A model generated the notes under the pieces. The model did not search any database. It was not told the DNA's origin and was given only the letters and a program-made list of their open reading frames with translations. From Acidimicrobiia bacterium (GTDB lineage: Bacteria; Actinomycetota; Acidimicrobiia; Spongiisociales; ZC4RG35), in contig JBGTCK010000038.1 of assembly GCA_041748855.1 (NCBI GenBank), positions 78,514 to 142,513 of the forward strand: 64,000 nt of DNA, in the 5' to 3' direction. Shown piece after piece: positions 37,421-46,752 of the stretch. How positions within the stretch are numbered: the first letter of the stretch is position 1; each line of letters opens with the position of its first letter. A program made the translations under genes and the position numbers.

Positions 37421-38256
37421 AGTACCTGGCTCCGGCAAAGCTCAACCTCAATCTCCTGGTCTCCAGAGTCGACGATTCCGGTTTTCATCCGATTCGCTCG
37501 CTGGTCCAGACGATCGAGTGGTGTGACGTGCTCGAGGCAGAGGAGGCCGACTCCGACGAATTGGAACTCGTCGGCATCGAGGTGCCCGACGGAGGTGACA
37601 ATCTCGTGCTGAAGGCGTTGACGGGCCTACGAACCAAGATCGAGGTCCCCCCGGTGGTGTTCAGGCTGGAGAAGCGGATTCCGCCCGCGGCCGGTCTTGG
37701 CGGTGGCTCGGCTGACGCTGCGGCCGCCCTGATCGCAGGCTGTGACATCGTTGGCGCCGAACACGAGAAAGCGGAGCTCGTGGCGCCCGAGATCGGTTCC
37801 GACGTGCCCTTCCCTCTGGTGGGGGGCACGGCCGAGATGACAGGCTATGGCGAACTGATCGAGTCCATCCCACCCTTTGATGCGATCGCATTTGCAGTAG
37901 TGGTCCCCGAATTCGGCCTCTCCACCCCGGAGGTTTACAAACGGTGGGACGAGATCGGTGAGCCGGTCGGCTTCGAGGTGCCGGACCGTTTCCTGCCGCC
38001 GGTGCTGCGCCACAGCTACCCAATCCGAAACGATCTATACCGGGCCGCCGTCGAGGTCGAGCCCGCCCTCGGTGACTTCGTCAGCGACACTGCCCGCCTC
38101 TGGGACACCGCAGTGATGATGACTGGCTCCGGCTCGGCCTGTTTCAGTTTCTTCCCGAGCGAGGAGGAGGCCGTGCTGGCAGCTGCTGCTGTCCCCGGCA
38201 CCAGAGCCGCCACCGGCGCAGCAGCCCGCCCCAAAGGAGTAGAACGAGTGGAATGA
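37417..38256 (+). CDS. ispE: 4-diphosphocytidyl-2-C-methyl-D-erythritol kinase
   Basis: APAKLNL, KRIPPAAGLGGGSADAAA (GHMP kinase motif). It overlaps rsmA by 4 nt. Confidence 0.9.
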   Translation: MKYLAPAKLNLNLLVSRVDDSGFHPIRSLVQTIEWCDVLEAEEADSDELELVGIEVPDGGDNLVLKALTGLRTKIEVPPVVFRLEKRIPPAAGLGGGSADAAAALIAGCDIVGAEHEKAELVAPEIGSDVPFPLVGGTAEMTGYGELIESIPPFDAIAFAVVVPEFGLSTPEVYKRWDEIGEPVGFEVPDRFLPPVLRHSYPIRNDLYRAAVEVEPALGDFVSDTARLWDTAVMMTGSGSACFSFFPSEEEAVLAAAAVPGTRAATGAAARPKGVERVE

Positions 38257-38458
38257 GCCCGCAACTCCCCCTCCGCTCACGGAGGGAGTACCGGCAACGG
38301 AGGAGCCGGGGAGGGTGGGGCGTTCCCACCAATGGAGCTGAAGATTCGCTGCAGACGCGACCGCTCTCCCAGCCCGAGGGGATCTCTCCCTCCTACCTCC
38401 GCCCTCCTTCGTCGGTTACTTCTCTGGCCGTTGGGCGATTATCCTCGGGAGCCCGCTG

Positions 38459-38530
38459 TGGGGGGTGGTGTAACTGGTAGCACGGCAGGTTTTGGTCCTG
38501 TAAGAGTGGGTTCGAGTCCTGCCCCCCCAG
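38459..38530 (+). tRNA. tRNA-Gln (anticodon TTG)
   Basis: Hand-folded. Acceptor TGGGGGG/CCCCCCA (U1:A72, typical of tRNA-Gln), anticodon loop ttTTGgt, T-loop TTCGAGT. Confidence 0.85.
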
Positions 38531-38552
38531 CGATCGCCGAGGAAAGGCCCAC

Positions 38553-39941
38553 TTGCCAACACATGTGATCATTCTGGCCGCCGGCCAGGGCAAGCGAATG
38601 ATGTCTGCCCTGCCCAAAGTGGCACATACGGCGGCCGGTAGGACCCTGGTCGGCTGGGTTATCGATGCCGCGGCGAAGTCGAACCCCGAGTCAATGGTGG
38701 TGGTTCTTGGTCACGGTGCCGACGAAGTCCGCCCCCACCTCGACTCCGGGGTCCTCGTTGCGATTCAGGAGAAGCAACTGGGGACGGGTGACGCTGCGCG
38801 CGTGGGAATCACACAGATCCCTGACCTCGCATCCGATGACACCGTTGTGGTCCTCAACGGCGACATGCCCATGATCACTCCTGAGCTCGTCGCCGAGCTC
38901 GTTGCCCGGCCCCCGGCGACCTCGGCTCTGCTAGTCACATCTGTGTTCGATGACCCGTCCGGTTACGGGAGGATCGTGCGTGAGAACGGGTCTGTGGTTG
39001 GGATAGTCGAGGACAGAGACTGCACCCCGGACCAGCTCGAAATCGACGAGATAAACGCTGGCATCTACTCGTTTCGCGCCGGTGACCTGACCGAGGCTCT
39101 CGGTCAGGTCACAAGCGACAACTCTCAAGGGGAGTTATACATAACCGATGTAATCGGGATTCTTTCCCGCAAAGGTGCAAAACTGGAGCCGGTGAAGGCC
39201 GCTCCTCGAGAGGTGATCGGGATTAACTCACAGGACCAACTCGCCGACGCTCGCAAGCAGCTTCGGAACAGGATCAACACCGGCCATCTCCAGGCCGGCG
39301 TCAAGATCATCGACCCGGAACGCACCTACATCGACGATTCCGTCTCCATCGAACCCGGCGCCACCATCTATCCCGGTGTGCACCTCGAGGGAAACACGAC
39401 TGTCGGAGCAGACGCCCGTGTCGGGCCGGACGTATTCGCCATCGACGCCGAAATCGGCTCCGGGAGCATCGTCTGGTACTCGGTGTTGCGCGGTGCGGTG
39501 ATCGGTGAGGGTTGCGAGGTCGGACCCTACGCCTCCCTCCGCAGCGGGACTGTTCTCATGAATGGGGCCAAGCTGGGGACGTTCGTGGAGACGAAGAACT
39601 CGACGCTCGGCGAGGGTGCCAAAGCCAACCATCTCACTTACCTTGGTGACGCGACGATCGGTCGGGGAACAAACATCGGTGCCGGAACCGTCACCTGTAA
39701 CTACGACGGTTACGAGAAGCATGCCACCACCATCGGTGAAGATGTGTTCATCGGGTCTGACACCATGCTGGTGGCCCCGTTGACCATCGGTGACCGGGCA
39801 ATCACCGGGGCCGGGTCGGCGATCACCAGAGACGTCGATGCCGACGCGCTGGCAGTCGAGCGGAGCGAGCAGAAGAACATCGAAGGCTACGCCCGGAGAC
39901 GCGCAGAGCGCCAGGCGGCGAAGAAGACCGAGGAGCATTAA
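38553..39941 (+). CDS. glmU: bifunctional UDP-N-acetylglucosamine pyrophosphorylase / glucosamine-1-phosphate N-acetyltransferase
   Basis: ILAAGQGKRM N-terminal NTP-transferase motif and C-terminal left-handed beta-helix hexapeptide repeats. Confidence 0.9.
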   Translation: MPTHVIILAAGQGKRMMSALPKVAHTAAGRTLVGWVIDAAAKSNPESMVVVLGHGADEVRPHLDSGVLVAIQEKQLGTGDAARVGITQIPDLASDDTVVVLNGDMPMITPELVAELVARPPATSALLVTSVFDDPSGYGRIVRENGSVVGIVEDRDCTPDQLEIDEINAGIYSFRAGDLTEALGQVTSDNSQGELYITDVIGILSRKGAKLEPVKAAPREVIGINSQDQLADARKQLRNRINTGHLQAGVKIIDPERTYIDDSVSIEPGATIYPGVHLEGNTTVGADARVGPDVFAIDAEIGSGSIVWYSVLRGAVIGEGCEVGPYASLRSGTVLMNGAKLGTFVETKNSTLGEGAKANHLTYLGDATIGRGTNIGAGTVTCNYDGYEKHATTIGEDVFIGSDTMLVAPLTIGDRAITGAGSAITRDVDADALAVERSEQKNIEGYARRRAERQAAKKTEEH

Positions 39942-39943
39942 TA

Positions 39944-40918
39944 GTGGATATCGTCTCCCGGAATCGGATGCTGCTGTTCTCGGGGAGTGCCAACGTTCCC
40001 CTCGGAGAAGAAGTCGCCGAAATGCTCGGCCTCCCTCTCGGCCAACTCGAACTGTCGAAGTTCTCCAACGGTGAGTTGTACGCCCGGCCGGTGGAGTCGG
40101 TGCGCGGAGCGGACTGCTTCCTGATCCAGAGCCACTGTCACCCGGTCAACGAGCACATCATGGAGCAGTTGATCACCATCGACGCCCTGCGTCGTGCCTC
40201 TGCGCGCCGGATCACGGCGGTTATGCCGTTCTATGGATATTCCCGCCAGGACAAGAAAGTCCTTCCCCGCGAGCCGATCACAGCACGTTTGGTCGGCGAC
40301 CTGTTCATGACCGCCGGTGCCGACCGCCTTGTTTCCGTCGACCTCCATACCGGCCAGCTCCAGGGTTTCATCCAGAAGCCATTCGACCACCTCACTGCGA
40401 TCCCGATGATCGCCGACTACGTTGCCAGCCAGATCAGTGGCCGCGTTGCTGTCTTGTCACCTGACGCGGGCGGCGTCAAGCGCGCTGAGCGATACGCCCG
40501 CCGACTCGGTGATGCCTCTGTTGCGTTCATCTACAAACGGCGTGACCCCAGCGAGCACAACGTTTCCCACGCTCTCTCTATGGCAGGACGGGTCAAGGAC
40601 AAACATGTGGTGATCGTCGACGACATGATCGACACTGCGGGCACCGTGTGCAACGCCGCCGAGATGATGCGCGACTACGGGGCCCTGACCGTCCGTATCG
40701 CTGCGACCCATGCAATCCTCTCCGAACCCGCCATCGACCGCATCAAGAACGCTCCCATCGAGGAGATGATCATCACCAACACCCTCCCGGTGAGCGACGA
40801 TGTGAGGTCCCTCGACAAGGTGAAGGTTCTCTCGATAGCTCCGATTGTCGCCGAAGCGCTGCAGGCAATCTTCATGGAGTCTTCCGTGTCGGAGATCTTC
40901 CTCGGCGACAACGTATAA
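39944..40918 (+). CDS. prs: ribose-phosphate pyrophosphokinase
   Basis: FSNGELY, MPFYGYSRQDKK and VIVDDMIDTAGT PRPP-binding loop. Confidence 0.9.
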   Translation: MDIVSRNRMLLFSGSANVPLGEEVAEMLGLPLGQLELSKFSNGELYARPVESVRGADCFLIQSHCHPVNEHIMEQLITIDALRRASARRITAVMPFYGYSRQDKKVLPREPITARLVGDLFMTAGADRLVSVDLHTGQLQGFIQKPFDHLTAIPMIADYVASQISGRVAVLSPDAGGVKRAERYARRLGDASVAFIYKRRDPSEHNVSHALSMAGRVKDKHVVIVDDMIDTAGTVCNAAEMMRDYGALTVRIAATHAILSEPAIDRIKNAPIEEMIITNTLPVSDDVRSLDKVKVLSIAPIVAEALQAIFMESSVSEIFLGDNV

Positions 40919-41003
40919 CCTGCCGGCGCCCCCGCACGCTTAGGACGCGACAGATCATGACGAAGGTTCTCTTTTGCCGCTCCGTTTCCTACACTCCGCT
41001 TGA

Positions 41004-42347
41004 GTGAGCGCACGACACAGAGAACCCCTGTCCCCGGCCGAATCCCGACTCCGGGGTCTCGTCATCGGCCTGGTGCTCGTTTTCCTCATCGTCTTCTTCT
41101 TTCTTCGCGGGGAGGGCCAGGAAGGTTCCAACCCCACCACCCAGCCGGTGGCCGGGGAAACGACGACCACTGCCCCTGAAGGTTCTGAGACCACCGGAGA
41201 CGGGTCAACGGTCCCCGCCGTCCCGGGAGAAACGACCACGACCGGGGCCAACCTGCCCGAGCTGGCAAGTTTGAGCCTCGACGTTGTGTTCGAAGGTTTC
41301 CAACAGCCAGTGGTCATCACCTCTCCGCCAGGAGACAACCGCCTCTTCGTGGTGCAACGGGTCGGGGTGATCCGGATCCTCGATGAGAACTTCGAGATGG
41401 TCGACCCTGCCTTCCTCGCCATCGACGACCGGGTCCTTGCCAACGGAATCGAGCAGGGGCTGCTCGGTCTGGCTTTCCACCCCGACTATGCCACCAACGG
41501 CAGGTTCTTCGTCTACTTCACCACCCCCGGAGGAAACCGCCAGCTCTCGGAATTCACCGTGTCGCCAACCAATCCGAATCGCGCCGATCCGGACTCCGAA
41601 CGGGTGCTGTTCAACCTTCCTCAGCCGGAAGGTCACACAGATATCCGGCATTACGCGGGGGCGTTGGCCTTTGGTCCTGACGGGTACCTGTACTCGGCGC
41701 AGGGTGACGGAGCCGCTTCACGTGCGCAGGGACAGGATCCAAACACCATGTATGCGGCGATCTCGCGTCTCGACGTGGACAGCGGTGACCCCTACGGAAT
41801 ACCACCGGATAATCCTTTTGTCGGCGGCGGCGGCGCCCCCGAGGTGTGGGCATACGGTTTGCGCAACCCGTGGCGGTTCAGCATCGACGCGGTGGACGGC
41901 CTGGTCTACATCGCTGATGTCGGCCATGCTGACCAGGAGGAGATCAACGTCGTGCCCCTCAGCGGTGGTGGATACAACTTCGGTTGGTCCGATGTCGAGG
42001 GCACGCGGTGCTTCCATGTTCAGGACTGTGACCTCTCCCTCTATACCGCGCCGGCGATCACCTACCTGCACGGGTCAGAGGAGGACCAGGGTTGTTCGGT
42101 GACCGGTGGCTATGTCTATCGCGGGAGTGAGATCCCCGAATTGCACGGGACCTACTTCTACAGCGACTGGTGTACCCAATGGATCAAGTCGTTCCGATTT
42201 GTCGATGGCCAGGTCACCGATGAGAGAGACTGGACTGCCGAAGTCGGCACGATCGGTCAGATCAACTCGTTCGGACTGCGCGGCGACGGGGAGCTCTTTG
42301 CAGTGACCCACGACGGCAAGGTCGCCAAGCTCACGGCCAATCGCTAA
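41004..42347 (+). CDS. PQQ-dependent sugar (glucose/sorbosone) dehydrogenase-like beta-propeller, membrane-anchored
   Basis: N-terminal TM helix, a T-rich linker, then GLLGLAFHPDYATNGRFFVYFT, GLRNPWRFS and GWSDVEG blocks. Confidence 0.8.
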   Translation: MSARHREPLSPAESRLRGLVIGLVLVFLIVFFFLRGEGQEGSNPTTQPVAGETTTTAPEGSETTGDGSTVPAVPGETTTTGANLPELASLSLDVVFEGFQQPVVITSPPGDNRLFVVQRVGVIRILDENFEMVDPAFLAIDDRVLANGIEQGLLGLAFHPDYATNGRFFVYFTTPGGNRQLSEFTVSPTNPNRADPDSERVLFNLPQPEGHTDIRHYAGALAFGPDGYLYSAQGDGAASRAQGQDPNTMYAAISRLDVDSGDPYGIPPDNPFVGGGGAPEVWAYGLRNPWRFSIDAVDGLVYIADVGHADQEEINVVPLSGGGYNFGWSDVEGTRCFHVQDCDLSLYTAPAITYLHGSEEDQGCSVTGGYVYRGSEIPELHGTYFYSDWCTQWIKSFRFVDGQVTDERDWTAEVGTIGQINSFGLRGDGELFAVTHDGKVAKLTANR

Positions 42348-42673
42348 CCGCTGCCAGCGGGCAGCACCAGCTCCTCACCGGGGTAGATCAGGTTCGGGTC
42401 TCCGGAGCGGAGCGAATCGAGATTGATCTCGATGGTCTCCAGCCAGTAGGGGTGGACTTCCTCATTCCGGGGCTCGCGATCCAGCTTTCCCCCAAGGCTC
42501 TCCTTTGAGATCTTCCAGATGTGATCGCCACTGACCACCACCACTGTTGTCGATGAGGCACCACGTATCTCGATCGGGACGTAACCGCCGTTGGCGGCTG
42601 GCTCGGCTAGCGCCAGGGTCATGATGGCGAACATTGCCGCCGTGATCAGGGCCATTACAAAGGGTCGGCTCAT
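42344..42673 (-). CDS. LysM-domain membrane protein
   Basis: N-terminal TM helix. The C-terminal GDHIWKISKE...DPNLIYPGEELVLP is LysM-like. Confidence 0.6.
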   Translation of the reverse strand: MSRPFVMALITAAMFAIMTLALAEPAANGGYVPIEIRGASSTTVVVVSGDHIWKISKESLGGKLDREPRNEEVHPYWLETIEINLDSLRSGDPNLIYPGEELVLPAGSG

Positions 42674-42750
42674 GGCTCAAACGTAAGGCTTCCGGCGAAC
42701 GGTGTGAAGGGGGTTACGATCAGCGTCTAATCGAGAGGATTTGGAACCAG

Positions 42751-42981
42751 ATGAAAGTTCGTATCGCAGTGGCCGAGTCGAGCAAGGTGGTCGAACTCGA
42801 AGTCGACGACCTGCCAGCCTTCAAGGAGACAATGAAAGCGACGGTCGAGGCCGGAGAGGTGTTCTGGACGACAGACACCAAAGGTCGAGAGTTCGGGATT
42901 CCTGCCGAGCGCATCGCATTCGTGGAAGTCGAGTCAGAGAACGCCGACGTGGCAGTTGGCTTCGCCCCAGGTAATCGATGA
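42751..42981 (+). CDS. DUF3107 domain-containing protein
   Basis: MKVRIAVAESSKVVELEV...TDTKGREFGIPAERIAFVEV...VGF matches the actinobacterial DUF3107 pattern. Confidence 0.75.
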   Translation: MKVRIAVAESSKVVELEVDDLPAFKETMKATVEAGEVFWTTDTKGREFGIPAERIAFVEVESENADVAVGFAPGNR

Positions 42982-42990
42982 TCGGAAAAA

Positions 42991-43018
42991 CTGAGACCCT
43001 CCGGCTGGAGGGTCTCAG
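42991..43018. terminator. bidirectional hairpin between the DUF3107 gene and whiB
   Basis: ctgagaccctcc-ggct-ggagggtctcag forms a perfect 12-bp stem flanked by A-run and T-containing tails. Confidence 0.6.
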
Positions 43019-43033
43019 TTCAGAACCTGCGTT

Positions 43034-43309
43034 TCAGGCGGATCGTCTCCGCCGGTCAGCCAGCCACCGCTTGCGGAGGCGTCGGCGGTCGTCTTCGGCA
43101 TAGCCTCCCCATACACCCGATTCCTGGTTGGTTTCGAGGGCGTACTGAAGACAGTCTTCCTGAACCATGCACGTCGAACAGATTGCGATCGCGGCATCGA
43201 TCTGCTCCACTGCAGGACCTGTGGTTCCGACAGGGAAGAAGAGGTTCGGCTCGGAGTCCCGGCAAGAGGCAAGGTCTCGCCAGTCAGTTGTTATCTGGGT
43301 TGTAAGCAC
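43034..43309 (-). CDS. whiB: WhiB-family (WhiB1-like) Fe-S transcription factor
   Basis: Four Cys (C..C..C..C: ASCRD, ICSTCMVQEDC) and GVWGG followed by a basic tail. GTG start. Confidence 0.9.
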   Translation of the reverse strand: MLTTQITTDWRDLASCRDSEPNLFFPVGTTGPAVEQIDAAIAICSTCMVQEDCLQYALETNQESGVWGGYAEDDRRRLRKRWLADRRRRSA

Positions 43310-43325
43310 AAAATATCCTTGGGAT

Positions 43326-43341
43326 TGTGATCTTTTTCACA
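43326..43341. promoter_or_regulatory. CRP/FNR-family (cAMP receptor protein-type) palindrome upstream of whiB
   Basis: TGTGATCTTTTTCACA is a perfect TGTGA-N6-TCACA. It lies in the AT-rich whiB/glycerophosphodiesterase divergent intergenic region. Confidence 0.5.
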
Positions 43342-43437
43342 AGCATTCCCACCAAAAAGGCGCGGTGCGAGGGGAGTCACGATTGAATTTAGTGGTGTGA
43401 TCCCTTTTTGTAAACGAGTTTCTAGGAAAATTATTCC

Positions 43438-44142
43438 GTGAGCAGACAAACCAACGTTATCGGCCACCGTGGGTGGCGGGGCCGCCACGCAGACAATTCG
43501 CTGCCGGGAATCATCGCCGCCGCTGCGGTCTGTGACGCGGTGGAATTGGATGTGCGCCGGTCGGCCGACGGCAAGCTGGTCCTTGCCCACGATCCCGGTA
43601 TCGGGGGTTTCGAAGTGGCGACCACACCATGGAGTGTTCTTTCCGAAGTCGAGCTGGGTGGTGGAGCAAAACCGTGTCTTCTCGATGAGGCGCTTGCAGC
43701 TCTGCCCGAAACTCCTGTTCTCATCGAGATCAAGAACGCTCCAGGTCAGAGCGGCTACGAGCCGGATCACAGGCTCGGCCTCGAGGCTGCGGCGATGTCG
43801 CGGCCAGCCGACATCTTGATCTCGTTCAACTGGGCGACCATCGATTCGGTGAGAGCGACTTTTCCCGAGACTTCCACCGGTCTCAATGTCGGCATCCTGG
43901 GAGATATCGACGACGCGATCCAACATTGTCGGGAAGGTGGCCACGGCTACTTGATGCCAGACGCAGACCTGGTTTTGGCGCGCGCCGAACCGTTACCCGA
44001 AGAGCTCGACGTTGTCGTATGGTCGCCCCGCCAGGTCGAAGCCGATCGGGGTTTTCTGGGTGAGTTGGTGTCGAAGGGTGTCTGGGGCATCATTACCGAT
44101 GACCCGCCGAACACCATCGATCTTCTGAGGAGTCTCACATGA
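43438..44142 (+). CDS. glycerophosphodiester phosphodiesterase-family protein
   Basis: VIGHRGWRG..NSLPG, ELDVRRSADGKLVLAHD, EIKN motifs of the GDPD fold. Confidence 0.8.
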   Translation: MSRQTNVIGHRGWRGRHADNSLPGIIAAAAVCDAVELDVRRSADGKLVLAHDPGIGGFEVATTPWSVLSEVELGGGAKPCLLDEALAALPETPVLIEIKNAPGQSGYEPDHRLGLEAAAMSRPADILISFNWATIDSVRATFPETSTGLNVGILGDIDDAIQHCREGGHGYLMPDADLVLARAEPLPEELDVVVWSPRQVEADRGFLGELVSKGVWGIITDDPPNTIDLLRSLT

Positions 44143-44603
44143 CAATCAAGGAACAACTGGCTGCCGAGCTCAAAGAAGCGATGTTGGCCAAGGATGCGAG
44201 GCGCCGCGATGTCGTGCGCCAGGTGCAAAGCGAGGTGTCCGTCGCCGTCAGTGAGCCAGATTTCAAGGGTGAGCCTGACGATGCCTTCTACGAGCAGGTC
44301 ATTTCGAGCTATGTCAAGAAGATGAAGAAGTCGAAAGAGGAGTACGAAGGTTTCGGTGAGCGCGGCCAGGCGATGGCCGAGAAACTGGGCTACGAAGTGG
44401 AGTACCTGAGTCGCTGGCTGCCCCAGAAACTCGATGAAGACGCAACCAGGGCCCTCGTCCGCGACACCATCTCTTCGCTTGGTGTCGCCGGTGACGAAAA
44501 GGCAGCGGGTCGGGTCATCGGGGCGTTGATGAAGGAGCACGGTGACGACCTCGACGGGGGCCTGGTCAACAGGCTGGTCCGGGAAGAACTGGCCTCTGGT
44601 TGA
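44139..44603 (+). CDS. GatB/YqeY domain-containing protein
   Basis: IKEQLAAELKEAMLAKDARRRDVVR..., with 4-nt overlap to the upstream gene. Confidence 0.85.
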   Translation: MTIKEQLAAELKEAMLAKDARRRDVVRQVQSEVSVAVSEPDFKGEPDDAFYEQVISSYVKKMKKSKEEYEGFGERGQAMAEKLGYEVEYLSRWLPQKLDEDATRALVRDTISSLGVAGDEKAAGRVIGALMKEHGDDLDGGLVNRLVREELASG

Positions 44604-44622
44604 GCCAACGGTCTAGCAGCTG

Positions 44623-45555
44623 ATGCTCCCCGACTTCGAGCCGATGCTGGCCACGCGGTGGAACGACCCGTTCGACGACCCGGGCTGGTGGTTCGAGGTC
44701 AAGTGGGATGGTTACCGGGCGGTGCTTTCCAACGACGGTGGGGTCCGTGCCCGCTCCCGGCGGGGAATCGACCTCCTCGAGCCGTTCCCCGAACTGAAGG
44801 GGCTGCCAATTCCTGAAGGGGTGGTCCTCGACGGCGAGATCGTCGCGTTCGACGACATCGGTCTGCCCAGCTTCGACAGGATTCAGAAACGGACCGGGTT
44901 CGGCGGCAAAGGTACCGGCGACAGGACGCCGGTCAACTTCGTTGTCTTCGATGTCCTGTTTCAGGGCGGCGAGGTTCGGATCGGCCTTCGCTATGAGGAG
45001 CGACAGGAGATCCTCGCCGGTCTCTCTCTGCCATCCCCACTTGTGGTCACCGAGGCGACGAAAGGGTCGGGCGTTGCCCTGTATGAGGCGGTGAAGGCAC
45101 AGGGCATCGAGGGAATCGTCGCCAAGCGATCCGGCTCCAAATATATGCCGGGTCGTCGCTCGGCGGACTGGCGCAAAGTCTCGGTGAAACAGAGGATGCG
45201 GGCAATAGTGGGCGGATACGCCGAAGGAGAAGGTGGGCGGTCGTCGACTTTCGGGTCGCTACTGCTTGGGTTGTGGGACGATGGGAAACTCAGGTTTATC
45301 GGGGCGGTCGGGTCAGGTTTCGATGACCGGACGCTGCGGGCCATCAAGGGGTCCCTCGACGAGCTGGAGCGAGAGTCCCGCACTTTCCAACCTTCCGTCC
45401 GTTATCCCGGTCGGTTGCACTGGGTGGAGCCAGGCATCGTCGTCAACGTCGAGTTCAAGGAGTGGACCGCGGATATGCACCTTCGCGCCCCGGTCTACAA
45501 GGGGGTCGAAATCGCCGACGTCTCCGCAATAACCTGGGAGAGCGAGGGTCCGTAG
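44623..45555 (+). CDS. ligD: ATP-dependent DNA ligase (LigD ligase-domain-only, NHEJ)
   Basis: Adenylation motif I EVKWDGYR, with later blocks EGIVAKR and LLLG. 310 aa with no polymerase or phosphoesterase domains. Confidence 0.85.
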   Translation: MLPDFEPMLATRWNDPFDDPGWWFEVKWDGYRAVLSNDGGVRARSRRGIDLLEPFPELKGLPIPEGVVLDGEIVAFDDIGLPSFDRIQKRTGFGGKGTGDRTPVNFVVFDVLFQGGEVRIGLRYEERQEILAGLSLPSPLVVTEATKGSGVALYEAVKAQGIEGIVAKRSGSKYMPGRRSADWRKVSVKQRMRAIVGGYAEGEGGRSSTFGSLLLGLWDDGKLRFIGAVGSGFDDRTLRAIKGSLDELERESRTFQPSVRYPGRLHWVEPGIVVNVEFKEWTADMHLRAPVYKGVEIADVSAITWESEGP

Positions 45556-45714
45556 GAGCCCGTTGAACAAGGCATGTCACCCATCTTGACGGCCAGGCAT
45601 CACCACTCGCTGCGTTCTCGGCCCCGCCATTCCGGACCGAGGAGTGGCGAAACCTCGGCTTGCGATTGGCGCGCCTGGCCGCCAATCTGGGCCACGGCAT
45701 CATCCAACGGACTC

Positions 45715-46497
45715 CTAGCTAGCCGCCTTCTTGGTGGCTTCGACAGACGCCTTGAGGGCTTCGAGGAGATCGACGACCTTGGTGGGCTCGGGGGAGGAGT
45801 CGACGGCCACTATCTCTTCGCCGGCGACCTTCTTGGCCGCGAGCTCTTCGATCTGCTCCCGTGACTTGTCGACGTAGGCTTCGCGCTCGAAGGGCCGGGT
45901 GAGGTTGTCGATCAGCAATGCCGCCATCTCGACTTCTTCCTTGCGGATCTCGACTTCAGCTTCGAGCTCCTCGAACTCAGCAGCCCGTATTTCGTCGGGC
46001 CAGTACATGGTCTCCATCACGATCATTCCGTCTTTGGACCGGAGGGTGGCCAGCTGCTGCTTGTCACGGATCGAGACTTTGGCAATGCCGATACGCTCCT
46101 TCTCGGCGAGGGCCTGCTCCAGGATCTGGTAGGCCTTGATTCCGGTCTTTTCCGGGGCCAGGTAGTAGGTCTTCTTGAAGAGGATGGGGTCGATCTCCTC
46201 CTCGTCGACGAACTGGATGACGTCGACCAGTTTGTTGCCGTCGGGGTTGACACCTTCCAGCTCTTCGTCTGTAAACACGACATAGCGGCCCTTTTCGAAT
46301 TCGTAACCCTTCACGATGTCGTCCCATTCGACTTCTTTGCCGTCACTCTCGGCAACCCGCTTGTATTTGATTGGGGAGTGGTCGTCCTTGCGAAGCTGTT
46401 TGAACTTGGGGGATTTCTCGTCGGTGGCGCTGTACATCCCTACCGGGATGGTGACCAACCCGAAGTTGATGGCGCCTTTCCAGATTGCTCTAGGCAT
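45715..46497 (-). CDS. ku: Ku protein (NHEJ DNA end-binding)
   Basis: MPRAIWKGAINFGLVTIPVGMYSAT canonical Ku N-terminus. The 5' extension of the tracked ORF was discarded. Confidence 0.9.
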   Translation of the reverse strand: MPRAIWKGAINFGLVTIPVGMYSATDEKSPKFKQLRKDDHSPIKYKRVAESDGKEVEWDDIVKGYEFEKGRYVVFTDEELEGVNPDGNKLVDVIQFVDEEEIDPILFKKTYYLAPEKTGIKAYQILEQALAEKERIGIAKVSIRDKQQLATLRSKDGMIVMETMYWPDEIRAAEFEELEAEVEIRKEEVEMAALLIDNLTRPFEREAYVDKSREQIEELAAKKVAGEEIVAVDSSPEPTKVVDLLEALKASVEATKKAAS

Positions 46498-46673
46498 GAT
46501 CACCATTCTAAAGCCACCCGGAGACAGAATTGACCAGAAGCACCACCGAGAACGTCCGGTTGCCGGGGATGCCCTACCCTTGGTCGTCGACATCCAGAAG
46601 AGCCAAATGACCAAGCGAGGCCGCCTGTTTCCTTCCTAGTAAGAAGGACAGAAGTCCTTGTCAGCGCCGTATG

Positions 46674-46752
46674 TGCCCCCGGCAGGATTCGAACCTGCGC
46701 ACCCGGCTCCGGAGGCCGGTGCGGTGTATCGCCCCCCATTCGCTACGAAACC
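46674..46752 (-). tRNA. tRNA-Arg(CCG)-like gene with atypical 5' half (possible pseudo-tRNA)
   Basis: Canonical 3' two-thirds: anticodon arm CCGGC-ctCCGga-GCCGG, T-arm GCAGG-TTCGAAT-CCTGC and acceptor 3' strand CGGGGGC-A. The 5' acceptor GGTTTCG gives one G.G mismatch and three G.U pairs, and the D-loop is about 15 nt. Confidence 0.5.
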
